This document shows positions 28,808 to 37,512 of a stretch of DNA of 64,000 bases, piece after piece. Numbering within the stretch: position 1 is the first letter of the stretch; every line of letters begins with the position of its first letter. The stretch lies in the NCBI GenBank assembly GCA_002306075.1, contig DBRW01000030.1, positions 8,109-72,108 on the forward strand, read 5' to 3'. The position numbers and the translations under genes were made by a program. The DNA is from Synergistaceae bacterium UBA1358. Lineage in GTDB: Bacteria; Synergistota; Synergistia; Synergistales; Synergistaceae. The notes beneath the pieces are model-generated. The model worked only from the letters and a program-made list of their open reading frames with translations. It did not search any database and had not been told where the DNA came from.

Positions 28808-30259
28808 TTATCTGTGCCAGGCGTCTTTTGTGAAGAGGACCAGGACTGTATACAGCTCCAATCTGCCGCAAAGCATGCAGAAGACATAGATCCATTTTGC
28901 GAGTATTGTCTGCGTATGAAAGGTAGTCGCGGGCCCCACATCTCCGAGCCCGGGACCGATATTGCCCAGTGTGACCGCAACAGCGGTTATCGAAGTGACC
29001 ACGTCTTCTCCTGTGTACGAGATCATCACGGCAGCCACGGCAAATATCACAAAATAGAGCGCAATGAAAGAAGAGGCCGAAAAGGCCAGCTTGTCAGTTA
29101 TTGTCTTATCTCCCAGACGTATCGGCACATAAGCGTGTGGGTGGATGAATCTTCTCACCTCTGCCGAGATCTGCTTTAAAACCATCTGGATCCTGATGCA
29201 TTTTATTGCACCGGATGTAGATCCGGCACAGCCGCCTATAAACATCAGCACGACGATGGTCATCTGCGTGATAGTAGGCCATTTTGAGAAGTCTGCCGTA
29301 ACGAACCCGGTCGTGGTCATCATGCTCACGGCCTGAAAGGCAGAATATCTAAGGCATTCGATGATCGTCGGATAGCAGCTGTTTCTGAAAAGAGAAGTCG
29401 TGATGACAAACGTCGACAAAAGTGCTACCCCGGAATAGAACTTGAACTCCGGATCCCTGTACGGCTTAAGAGTCCTGTTTTTAATAGCGAGGAGATGGAG
29501 GCCGAAGTTTGCCCCCGAAACGAACATGACGGCGGTAAGCGACCAGTCGATGAAGGCAGAGTGATACCAGCCAACGCTTTGGTTGCGGGTCGAAAAGCCG
29601 CCTGTCGATACCGCGGCGAATACATGGCATATCGAGTCGTACAGATCCATTCCGCCTGCGAGCATCAGCAATATCCCGACGGCAGTTATTCCCAGGTAGA
29701 CTTTCCACAGCATCAGCGCCGAATCCTGTATCCTCGGGCTGATCTTCTCCAGAACAGGGCCCGGCACCTCTGCCTTGAAGAGCTGGGTGACTCCCATTCC
29801 AAGCATCGGAAGGAGAGCCAGGGTAAGGACCACTATTCCCATCCCGCCGAGCCAGTGTGTTACTGCACGCCAGAAGATGATCCCTCTCGGCAGCGTTTCG
29901 ATATCACGAAAGATCGTCGCCCCTGTCGTAGTGAATCCGGACATCGCTTCAAAGTAAGCTTCTGTGAAATCGGACACATAACCTCCTAGATAATAGGGGA
30001 GGCATCCCTGAAAAGATGCAAAGATCCAGGCCAGAGCGACAGCGGCAAAGGCCTCTCTCGTTCCCATGTCCCTGGCCTGAGCTTTGTAGCTGAACAAAAG
30101 AAGTGTGATCGAAAATAACGAGCCCAACGCGATCGAATAGGCAAAGGCCCTTATTTCGTTTCCTCCCTCCCTGACGGCCCATGCCAAAGGCATGATCATG
30201 CACGCGGAAATGAGGAAGACTATTACGGCAAGGAATCTTGCCACTATTTTCAGTTTCAC
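28808..30259 (-). CDS. trkH: Trk potassium uptake membrane subunit
   Basis: FEAMSGFTTTGA, WLGGMGI, STGGFS, GGCAGSTSG, NIGPGLG, GRLE. Confidence 0.95.
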   Translation of the reverse strand: MKLKIVARFLAVIVFLISACMIMPLAWAVREGGNEIRAFAYSIALGSLFSITLLLFSYKAQARDMGTREAFAAVALAWIFASFQGCLPYYLGGYVSDFTEAYFEAMSGFTTTGATIFRDIETLPRGIIFWRAVTHWLGGMGIVVLTLALLPMLGMGVTQLFKAEVPGPVLEKISPRIQDSALMLWKVYLGITAVGILLMLAGGMDLYDSICHVFAAVSTGGFSTRNQSVGWYHSAFIDWSLTAVMFVSGANFGLHLLAIKNRTLKPYRDPEFKFYSGVALLSTFVITTSLFRNSCYPTIIECLRYSAFQAVSMMTTTGFVTADFSKWPTITQMTIVVLMFIGGCAGSTSGAIKCIRIQMVLKQISAEVRRFIHPHAYVPIRLGDKTITDKLAFSASSFIALYFVIFAVAAVMISYTGEDVVTSITAVAVTLGNIGPGLGDVGPATTFHTQTILAKWIYVFCMLCGRLELYTVLVLFTKDAWHR

Positions 30260-31629
30260 TTCAATGATTCTCCGATTGTTTCCATTGCATGGGGCATGAT
30301 ATCGGCAGATGCAAAGACTACTATTTTGTCTCCCTCCATTAGTTCGGTCTTTCCCGTAGGTATCAGAAGCTCATTTCCCCGCTCGATCAGGCCTATGACA
30401 GAGCCGGCCGGCATGTGCAGATCCATAAGGGGCCTCCCCAAACACGGTGACCCGGCAGAAAGGGTAAGCTCCAACGCCTCTGAACTTATCTCTTCAAAAA
30501 CCATAAGGACTCTGGATGATCCGGGGTAGCGAACGTACCGTATGATGACCTGCGCAAGGGTCTGGTTCCTGTTCACTATCGAATCTACGGGTAAATGCTC
30601 TGTCATTCCCAGATAATTCGACCTTTTCACCACCGCAATGCTCTTTGAAGCTCCAAGCGTCTTTCCGAGGACTGCAAGCATGAGGTTGGTCTCATCCTGT
30701 TCAGTTGCCGCGACGAAACCATCCGCCTTGTCTATGCCTTCCGAAAGAAGGAGGTCAGAGTCTGCGCCGTCCCCGCATATTACAAGCACTTCAGGCAGTT
30801 CTCCCGCTATGCGTTCGCTCTTTGCCTTGTCCTCTTCAACTATTCGGATATCTATTCCGGGAGTCCTGGCGATGAGACGCTTTGCCGTCTGGAAACCGAT
30901 CTTCCCGGCACCGATTATAAAGACTCTGCGGAATTTTTTCGAAAGGGAGGGCTGAAAAAGCGACTCCAGCTGGTGGACCTGGTCGCGGTAGCACATGGAG
31001 TAGCATATGTCGCCGGGCAGCAGGACATCGTTAGCTTTGGGGACAAAGCTTACCCCGTCTCTCTGTATGGAAACTATAAGGGTGATGAGGTTCGGATTTT
31101 TTCTCCTGACCTCACATAACGGCATCTCCTTGATCAATGAGTCATCCGCGATCCTGAAAACATAGATCCCGGCCTTGCCTCCGGCGATCTCAACAGCATG
31201 AAGTGCTCCCCTGACTTCAAGGAGCTCTTCCATCTCCCTCGCTACTGACCTTTCAGGGGAGATGAGCATATCTATTCCCAGATCCCTCGCCCAGCCTTCG
31301 TTGTCCGTGAACTCCAGGCCCACAGCCCTTGCAATGACATGCGGAATGCCCATTTTTTTTGCTATCCAACATGCCATTATGTTGACTTCGTCCTTGTTGG
31401 TACATGCGATGAGGAGGGAAATGTCTTCGCAGCCCTCTTTCACGCCTGCCCTTTCAAGCACGCTGGGCCTTGCTCCGTTCCCCCTTACAACGATCACGTC
31501 CAAGTCATTCTCGACGCGCTGAGCCCTCTCTTCATTTTCTTCGACCACGACTATGTCGTGGCCGTCCGCAGAGAGGTCTTTTGCTACGTAATATCCAACT
31601 TCTCCCGCTCCGACCAGAACGATCTTCAA
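30256..31629 (-). CDS. trkA: Trk potassium uptake NAD-binding subunit
   Basis: Two RCK domains with GAGEVG and GAGKIG; TTG start at 31629 with SD. Confidence 0.93.
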   Translation of the reverse strand: MKIVLVGAGEVGYYVAKDLSADGHDIVVVEENEERAQRVENDLDVIVVRGNGARPSVLERAGVKEGCEDISLLIACTNKDEVNIMACWIAKKMGIPHVIARAVGLEFTDNEGWARDLGIDMLISPERSVAREMEELLEVRGALHAVEIAGGKAGIYVFRIADDSLIKEMPLCEVRRKNPNLITLIVSIQRDGVSFVPKANDVLLPGDICYSMCYRDQVHQLESLFQPSLSKKFRRVFIIGAGKIGFQTAKRLIARTPGIDIRIVEEDKAKSERIAGELPEVLVICGDGADSDLLLSEGIDKADGFVAATEQDETNLMLAVLGKTLGASKSIAVVKRSNYLGMTEHLPVDSIVNRNQTLAQVIIRYVRYPGSSRVLMVFEEISSEALELTLSAGSPCLGRPLMDLHMPAGSVIGLIERGNELLIPTGKTELMEGDKIVVFASADIMPHAMETIGESLK

Positions 31630-31737
31630 CCTTATTCCGCCTTTCGCTGTTGACCTGATAAAGAACATTCAGCAGAGATTATCTTATAGCACTATATTCA
31701 AAAAAAGCAAGATACGTAACAGATCAGCCCCAACAGG

Positions 31738-31770
31738 CAACGGAGACGGCATAGCACGCCGTCTCCGTTG
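31738..31770 (-). terminator. Hairpin downstream of the NSS operon
   Basis: caacggagacggc...gccgtctccgttg 13-bp stem. Confidence 0.65.
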
Positions 31771-31805
31771 GGTCAAATATAAATCAGGCTTATTGAGCCC
31801 CTGCC

Positions 31806-31907
31806 CTAACCTCTTTTTTTCTTTTCAGAGCTGAGGGCCTTTCTGATGGCCCATGCGAAAGAACCCATGGTAATACCTATGAATAGCGCCATATTCAGCT
31901 GCCACAT
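31806..31907 (-). CDS. Small single-TM protein MWQLNMALFIGITMGSFAWAIRKALSSEKKKRG, MetS-like NSS transporter small subunit
   Basis: SD ggagg 8 nt before ATG; hydrophobic helix plus basic tail; 32 nt downstream of the NSS gene; below the ORF-track cutoff. Confidence 0.8.
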   Translation of the reverse strand: MWQLNMALFIGITMGSFAWAIRKALSSEKKKRG

Positions 31908-31939
31908 ACTGATTTCCTCCCTTTTCTTTCAAACCGAAG

Positions 31940-33433
31940 CTAATCCAGCACGTTGGCGTGGATAAGCCTCTTGGCCATGGCGCCGTTCAGCGCGATGAGG
32001 ATAACAGCGAGGAGGACCCACTCAACTACCATGGATCCGGGGGTATATGCGTATTTCTGAAGCGGCCAGAATTTGAACCACTCACCCGGGTACCAGGTCA
32101 TCGCCTGATAGAACCACCAGCCCCACACTAAAGCGAAGAGGACGGGGAAGAATCTGATGCCCTTCCACAGCCATTCTACGCGAAGGTCGGAGCAGGGTTC
32201 GATGTCATCCTTCCAGAGCTTGTCCACACCGTATTTCATCGCCGCGACGGCGTAGAGAAGCCCGACCATGAGGAGCGCCACGCCCCAGACCATGTCCTGG
32301 TTCTCGAATATACCGTTGTCAAGTGCGGACCAGCTCCCGACCAGGAGGAAAAATCCAGTCACATATGCAGTAGCCTTAATGCGGCTGAATCCCATGTCCA
32401 TCAGGTTGCGGCATCCAAGCTCGATCATCGCTATGACAGAGCTCAAAGCCGCCGAGAATAGCGCCAGGAAGAAGAGTATCCCCAGAATGAATCCCCCGGT
32501 CGTATGCGCGAAAAGGTTCGTCAAGTTGACAAAGGTGAGCCCGTTGGCGCCTGACTTCATAACAGCCATCGGATCGGGAGCCAGGGCAAAGACAGCAGGG
32601 ATAACGACCATACCGGCGAGTGTTGCAGCCGTCGTATCTCCGAATGCCACCGTGAATGAATTGAGCATGATGTCCTCGTCCTTGGCAGAATAGACGTAAA
32701 ATACGTGGAACATTCCCCAGCCGGCTCCGGTCGACCATGCCACCTGGGTGTAGGCGCGCAGCCAGACACTCGGATCTTTAAAGCCCTCCGGGTGGATGGT
32801 GAACATGAACTCAAGGCCCTTCCAGGCGCCGGGAAGCGTTACAACGCGCATGATCAATATCGCCAGAATTACATAGACCGACGGGATCAGGACCTTGTTT
32901 GCCTTCTCAATTCCTCCCTGTACTCCCCGTGCAATAATAACGGCAGAAATAAGGACGGCTCCGACGAACCACATCCAGGCTTCTACACTTGGCGGAGTAA
33001 GGGCAAAATCTTTCCAGACCTGGCTGGTCAGATCCGTCCCGCCCGTTTGGACAGTGGTGAGGAATCCGGTGGCTATGAGAGAAAGATATTTCATTACCCA
33101 CCCAAGGACGACGACATAATAGGCACCGAGCATGACGCAGACCATCCCAGCCCAGGCACCCATCCATGTCCATTTGTCTCCCAGGAGGACCTTAAAGGCT
33201 CCCGCGTTAGCCATACGGGTCTTTTTACCGAAAACGGATTCGGCGCAGATAAGGGGTACAGCCCAAGTAAACAACGCAATTACATAAATGACGAGGAACG
33301 CGCCCCCGCCGCATGCCGCCAATTCGCGCGGGAAGCGCCAAATGTTCCCTGTGCCGACGGCCATTCCAAGAATTGTAGCAATAAGCCCCCAGCGGCTTGA
33401 AAACTGTTCTCCGCCCTGTTTGATTTCAGCCAT
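31940..33433 (-). CDS. Sodium-dependent transporter, NSS/SNF family (amino-acid symporter)
   Basis: FSSRWG...G.AVGTGNIWRFP, GGGAFL..Y; about 12 TM segments. Confidence 0.92.
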   Translation of the reverse strand: MAEIKQGGEQFSSRWGLIATILGMAVGTGNIWRFPRELAACGGGAFLVIYVIALFTWAVPLICAESVFGKKTRMANAGAFKVLLGDKWTWMGAWAGMVCVMLGAYYVVVLGWVMKYLSLIATGFLTTVQTGGTDLTSQVWKDFALTPPSVEAWMWFVGAVLISAVIIARGVQGGIEKANKVLIPSVYVILAILIMRVVTLPGAWKGLEFMFTIHPEGFKDPSVWLRAYTQVAWSTGAGWGMFHVFYVYSAKDEDIMLNSFTVAFGDTTAATLAGMVVIPAVFALAPDPMAVMKSGANGLTFVNLTNLFAHTTGGFILGILFFLALFSAALSSVIAMIELGCRNLMDMGFSRIKATAYVTGFFLLVGSWSALDNGIFENQDMVWGVALLMVGLLYAVAAMKYGVDKLWKDDIEPCSDLRVEWLWKGIRFFPVLFALVWGWWFYQAMTWYPGEWFKFWPLQKYAYTPGSMVVEWVLLAVILIALNGAMAKRLIHANVLD

Positions 33434-34035
33434 ACGTCAGACCTCGCTTTCTTATTGAAAAATTCATTTTTGGAATAGAGTAATAAAAAGCAAAACTTCA
33501 AACGTGTTCATGATAGGGCCTGAAAACGAGCAGAAATAACTTCGAAACCCTCCTTTCACAGTCTCATTCAATAAATTTCGAATATATATACAAAATAGAT
33601 ATTCAGACCCCGACACTTGTACAGCTTATCATATATAAACTCTATTATCAATAAAATTATAATTAAGAACATTGGTCATTTTTTGCAGCAATCTTTTCGT
33701 GAAATATCTGAATGATCCAAAACGTCTTGTCATATTTTCAGCATCCACCCCCCTATAAATTCAAACATTGGTTGATTTTGTTCATCAGGCTTTCAAAAAT
33801 TGCCCAATACAAGCATGTTTAGAAATATCAAGAAATATCGTTATAAATTATATATTTTTAATAAAATTATATTTATTGTAAAATTCAGAAATTTATGGCC
33901 GTTGATACTCTCCGTTTTCTGAGCTTCCTGACTGCATATTTCAAAATCAGATATCATTCCAGCCTTTTTTTGACCTATGTTCTTTAATAAAAAAACGAAT
34001 GTGATAAGATTATCGGTCCTGCCATCGTCCTGATC

Positions 34036-34080
34036 AAAAAGAAAGGAGCCTTATCGTAATTTGGCTACGATAGGGCTCCT
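34036..34080 (-). terminator. Rho-independent terminator
   Basis: aggagccttatcgta...tacgatagggctcct with a minus-strand U-tract. Confidence 0.75.
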
Positions 34081-34117
34081 GCGCATATTAATTATTTAAA
34101 ATTTAAATATATATAAT

Positions 34118-35146
34118 TTAATTATTTGATTTTATTTCTGATTTCTCTTTAATAATGGATTCCAGGCGAAGCAGTTCTTTCATTGAATCAAAATCTATAT
34201 TTTTCATGATCTCATTGCGATATAGCATGCCGATCTCATTCCTTGTCATCCCCGGGTGCGACTCAAGCTCTGTATAGGCACTGACCTTTTTGTCCCTGAA
34301 GAAAACATCAAAGTCTGCAAAACGCTGACCCATTTCATTATACTCGAGCCCCATTGCGATTCTTTTTATCTCCTGCACTTCCATAGGTGTAAAGATCTTT
34401 ACGAGATAGATCGGGACGCTCATCATGACCATAGCCTGATCCCTTCCCCATCTTTCAGCCAGCACGACCCCTATCTGCAGTCCCTGAGCAGCCATCCACA
34501 ATCTCTGTCTGTGCAGGTCGAAATGTCCGTTGGCATCGTAGATCTTGATCTCCACATCATTCCAGTCGGGGGTCCCCATCGCATCTCCAAGGTATTCTAT
34601 TCCCCTCACAGAAAGGTACTGGATTATTGCCCCCTTGGACCTGTGGTGTATCAACAGTGCCTTTTCGTACATATCCTGGACAGAGACTGCTCTGTTGATC
34701 GCCTTTTGCGTGAAATATACGACAGAGGAAGTTCCCGGGATGTAGTTTCGGAACATCGGATCTCTGTCTATGATCTCCCCTCCAAGATCCTTGTGGATCG
34801 ATGCGATGCCGTTTTCTATGTTGCCCAAAAGCCTCATCATTATGAACCCGGGCATCATCTTGACCTCTTCGACCCCGGATATGAGTCTCCTATTTATCAG
34901 AGTGCACAGAAGAAGTTCAATGGAATTCTCCGACACATACGTCTCCTCTTCCTCTTCTTCGGTCAGCAGATTTGAAGATGAAATAAAAAAGATGATCCTC
35001 CTGTTGTTTCCGTATATGCCCAGCGCCCTTTCGGGATCGAGGGAGATGTGTGACCCCCACTCGTTCAGGCTTTTTTTTATCTCTGCCACTTTGTCCGTGG
35101 CATGGAGCACAAGGCTTTCGGGACCGCTTCTTACAAGAGAGAGCAT
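34118..35146 (-). CDS. Hypothetical protein; C-terminus resembles the CitX motif
   Basis: 342-aa ORF with SD ggagg; K..A..LE.....R..D.DV motif. Confidence 0.7.
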   Translation of the reverse strand: MLSLVRSGPESLVLHATDKVAEIKKSLNEWGSHISLDPERALGIYGNNRRIIFFISSSNLLTEEEEEETYVSENSIELLLCTLINRRLISGVEEVKMMPGFIMMRLLGNIENGIASIHKDLGGEIIDRDPMFRNYIPGTSSVVYFTQKAINRAVSVQDMYEKALLIHHRSKGAIIQYLSVRGIEYLGDAMGTPDWNDVEIKIYDANGHFDLHRQRLWMAAQGLQIGVVLAERWGRDQAMVMMSVPIYLVKIFTPMEVQEIKRIAMGLEYNEMGQRFADFDVFFRDKKVSAYTELESHPGMTRNEIGMLYRNEIMKNIDFDSMKELLRLESIIKEKSEIKSNN

Positions 35147-35168
35147 TCAAAAGACCTCCTTTTTGATA

Positions 35169-35846
35169 TCACAGCGAGATGCGCTTACGTTCGAGCCTTG
35201 CGTCGTTCGTACCGGGCGGGTAGCAAAAGGGGATGACATCTCCCGTCTCCATATGTATAAGGTGCATCTCCTCCAGTCCATTGAGAAAAAACCTGCCGCA
35301 CCCGTCTATGACGGACGGATGTTCCAGATTGTGCCCGAACAGGTTGTACTCTCCGGCATCGTTCATAACATCTTCAAAGGTATGGCCTGCCCTGAAGCGG
35401 AAGCTTCCTATATAAAACCGGCCCGGCCTGCTCCATACCTGAACAGGGGAGTTCTCTGTCATTTCAAGCAAGGTGGGCAGGTGATCGTGGTTTCCGGTCA
35501 GGAGGATAGCCCCGCATGTCTCATCTGAAAGGATGTTGAGGAGTACCCTGAGTTTTTTGCGGTAAAGGTCAATCATTCCCGGCCTGTTCTCAAGCTTGAT
35601 ATCGTCGACCAGGTCCCCGGTGTGCACGACCCATGCGGGACGGAGGCGGCGGATCGCTCTCCGGAGATAGGGAAACATGGTCGACGGCGTGTCGGAGATA
35701 TGCAGTATCATATCTCTGCCGTCAATCGGAGGAGGATTGAGTCCTATGCGCACGCAGATATCATCTATCCTGCTTCTTATGGGACAGTTTCTGATCTCCT
35801 CCAGCGTTGGCTTGGGCAGATTGGCAGGCAGATGCAGCGTAGTCAT
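35169..35846 (-). CDS. Calcineurin-like metallophosphoesterase
   Basis: HISDTP, HTGDLVD, GNHD, FGHN motifs. Confidence 0.82.
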   Translation of the reverse strand: MTTLHLPANLPKPTLEEIRNCPIRSRIDDICVRIGLNPPPIDGRDMILHISDTPSTMFPYLRRAIRRLRPAWVVHTGDLVDDIKLENRPGMIDLYRKKLRVLLNILSDETCGAILLTGNHDHLPTLLEMTENSPVQVWSRPGRFYIGSFRFRAGHTFEDVMNDAGEYNLFGHNLEHPSVIDGCGRFFLNGLEEMHLIHMETGDVIPFCYPPGTNDARLERKRISL

Positions 35847-35976
35847 TTTTCCTCACCCCACATATAAAGGAAGAATAGTTGATCATGAACTGCTGTCAAG
35901 ATCAATATTTTGAATATTATAACAGAGCAGGCATGAAAACAATTTTAAATTACGTAGCCACTTATGAACAAAATAC

Positions 35977-36005
35977 TTGTCATTTTTGTGATCACCATGT
36001 AGGAT
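35977..36005 (+). promoter_or_regulatory. Candidate promoter for the first Moco-type RNA
   Basis: TTGTCA-N17-TAGGAT. Confidence 0.55.
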
Positions 36006-36021
36006 AATTCAAGTAATCGAT

Positions 36022-36119
36022 TGTTCTCCGAGCCTGACCGCCTAAAGATCATATCCATGGCAGCCGGGCCGATAGGGTTTCGCTGGAAACGGCGGGGCCT
36101 CCCTTTGGAAAGGAGAGCG
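36022..36119 (+). ncRNA. Moco RNA motif (riboswitch candidate) 1, P3-less tungsten-cofactor type
   Basis: CUCCGAG..CCUAA..UGG..AGGG..GAAAC..GCCUCCC..GGAAAGGAG landmarks; no P3 stem between P2 and AGGG. Confidence 0.85.
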
Positions 36120-36132
36120 GCTGCCTGAATTT

Positions 36133-36176
36133 AAATCGGCCGTCTTCTCCACAGGGGACGGTCGATTTCATTTCTT
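36133..36176 (+). terminator. Riboswitch expression-platform terminator
   Basis: aaatcggccgtcttct/aggggacggtcgattt then catttctt; competes with the pairing 36112-36123:36137-36150. Confidence 0.7.
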
Positions 36177-36207
36177 ACGGGATATACACAAAATCCCAAC
36201 TCTCCCT

Positions 36208-36240
36208 TGCGAGACCGCCCCCAACGGTCTCGCATCTTTT
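36208..36240 (+). terminator. Second intrinsic terminator, ending a putative sRNA
   Basis: tgcgagaccg-cccccaa-type hairpin closing with cggtctcgca, followed by tctttt. Confidence 0.7.
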
Positions 36241-36248
36241 ATATTTAA

Positions 36249-36328
36249 GTGCAATTGGGTTGCATTTATAAATAAATTTTCTTTTTTTACGTTAAATTCA
36301 CGACAAAAACAATTAAATAGTGTAGAAT
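36249..36328 (+). promoter_or_regulatory. Palindromic operator and candidate tup promoter
   Basis: GTGCAAT-TGG-GTTGCAT (36249-65); ACGACA (36300-05)-N17-TAGAAT (36323-28). Confidence 0.6.
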
Positions 36329-36393
36329 AACGTCTATGCCATATATTTCACTTTTTTGGCATTTTATGTCTCGCTGATCTGGTCAGCGAGGCG

Positions 36394-36487
36394 ACCCTGA
36401 ATCTGTTTCTCCTTCGGCGCCTGCCATGGAGTACAGACGTTAGGGCGGAACGGGAAACTGTTCCGTCTCCCATTGCGGAAAGGGGGC
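36394..36487 (+). ncRNA. Moco RNA motif (riboswitch candidate) 2, P3-less, upstream of tupA
   Basis: CCCUGA..CC..AUGG..UAGGG-cggaacg-GGAAAC-uguuccg-UCUCCC..GGAAAGGGG; anti-SD ccctcct at 36523-29. Confidence 0.78.
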
Positions 36488-36588
36488 ACAAAGATCGCCG
36501 TGCGCGATATCAAAAGTTATTGCCCTCCTATCCTTCAAGGCATCAAAAAGTTTTTGGCACCAATATATCTTTAAGGAGGGGTATCCCC

Positions 36589-37440
36589 ATGAAAAGCAAC
36601 AAGCGCGCATTACTTTTCATCACGATCCTTGCTGTATGCATGTTAGCACTGAGTCCTTTCGCATATGCGAAACCGCCCGTTCTCAGAATGGCAACGACCA
36701 CAAGCACCGACAACACCGGACTGCTTGACTATATGGCTCCGATACTGCTGAAAGACACCGGGATCGAGATCCAGTGGGTATCAGTAGGTACGGGAAAGGC
36801 CCTTGAGTACGGACGCAACGGGGATGTCGACATCGTCCTTACACACGACCCGGCGGCTGAGGACAAATTTATGGCTGACGGAGCCGGAGTAAACCGCCGC
36901 AAGGTCATGTACAACGACTTTGTCCTTATCGGTCCCGCAAACGACCCTGCGGGCATAAAGGGGAAACCTATTGGCCAGGCCATGGCGACGATCGCAGCAA
37001 AGGGACAGCCGCTCGTAAGCCGCGCGGACAAATCGGGAACACATGCGGCGGAGCTGAAACTTCTCAAAGAGGCCGGGGTCAAGGATTTTGACAAGGCATC
37101 ATGGTATGTCCAGACCGGGCAGGGAATGCTCAACACGATCAACATCGCCGACGAGCGCAAAGGCTATGCCCTTGCGGACAGAGGTACGTTCATTAAATAT
37201 GAAGCAAACCTCAAAGGAAAGCCGGGACTCGTGATAGTCGTCGAGGGAGACAAGCAGCTCCTGAACATGTACTCGGTAATGGCTGTCAACCCGATCAAAC
37301 ATCCGCATGTAAAGTATGACCTCGCCATCAAGTACATCGACTGGATCACCTCCTCAAAGGTCCAGAAGGATATCGCCAACTTCAAGCTCGAAGGCAAGCA
37401 GCTCTTCTTCCCCAACGCAGATATAAGAGCCGGACACTAA
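36589..37440 (+). CDS. tupA: Tungstate ABC transporter substrate-binding protein
   Basis: Signal peptide, ATTTSTDNTGLL, VGTG.AL..G..GD.D, MYNDFV..GP..DPA, SR.D.SGTH. Confidence 0.92.
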   Translation: MKSNKRALLFITILAVCMLALSPFAYAKPPVLRMATTTSTDNTGLLDYMAPILLKDTGIEIQWVSVGTGKALEYGRNGDVDIVLTHDPAAEDKFMADGAGVNRRKVMYNDFVLIGPANDPAGIKGKPIGQAMATIAAKGQPLVSRADKSGTHAAELKLLKEAGVKDFDKASWYVQTGQGMLNTINIADERKGYALADRGTFIKYEANLKGKPGLVIVVEGDKQLLNMYSVMAVNPIKHPHVKYDLAIKYIDWITSSKVQKDIANFKLEGKQLFFPNADIRAGH

Positions 37441-37512
37441 TAATATAAGCGAACATTGTTTTAGGGCCGGGTCCCGTCAAAGGACTTGGCCCTGTTTTAA
37501 GGAGGGTACAGG

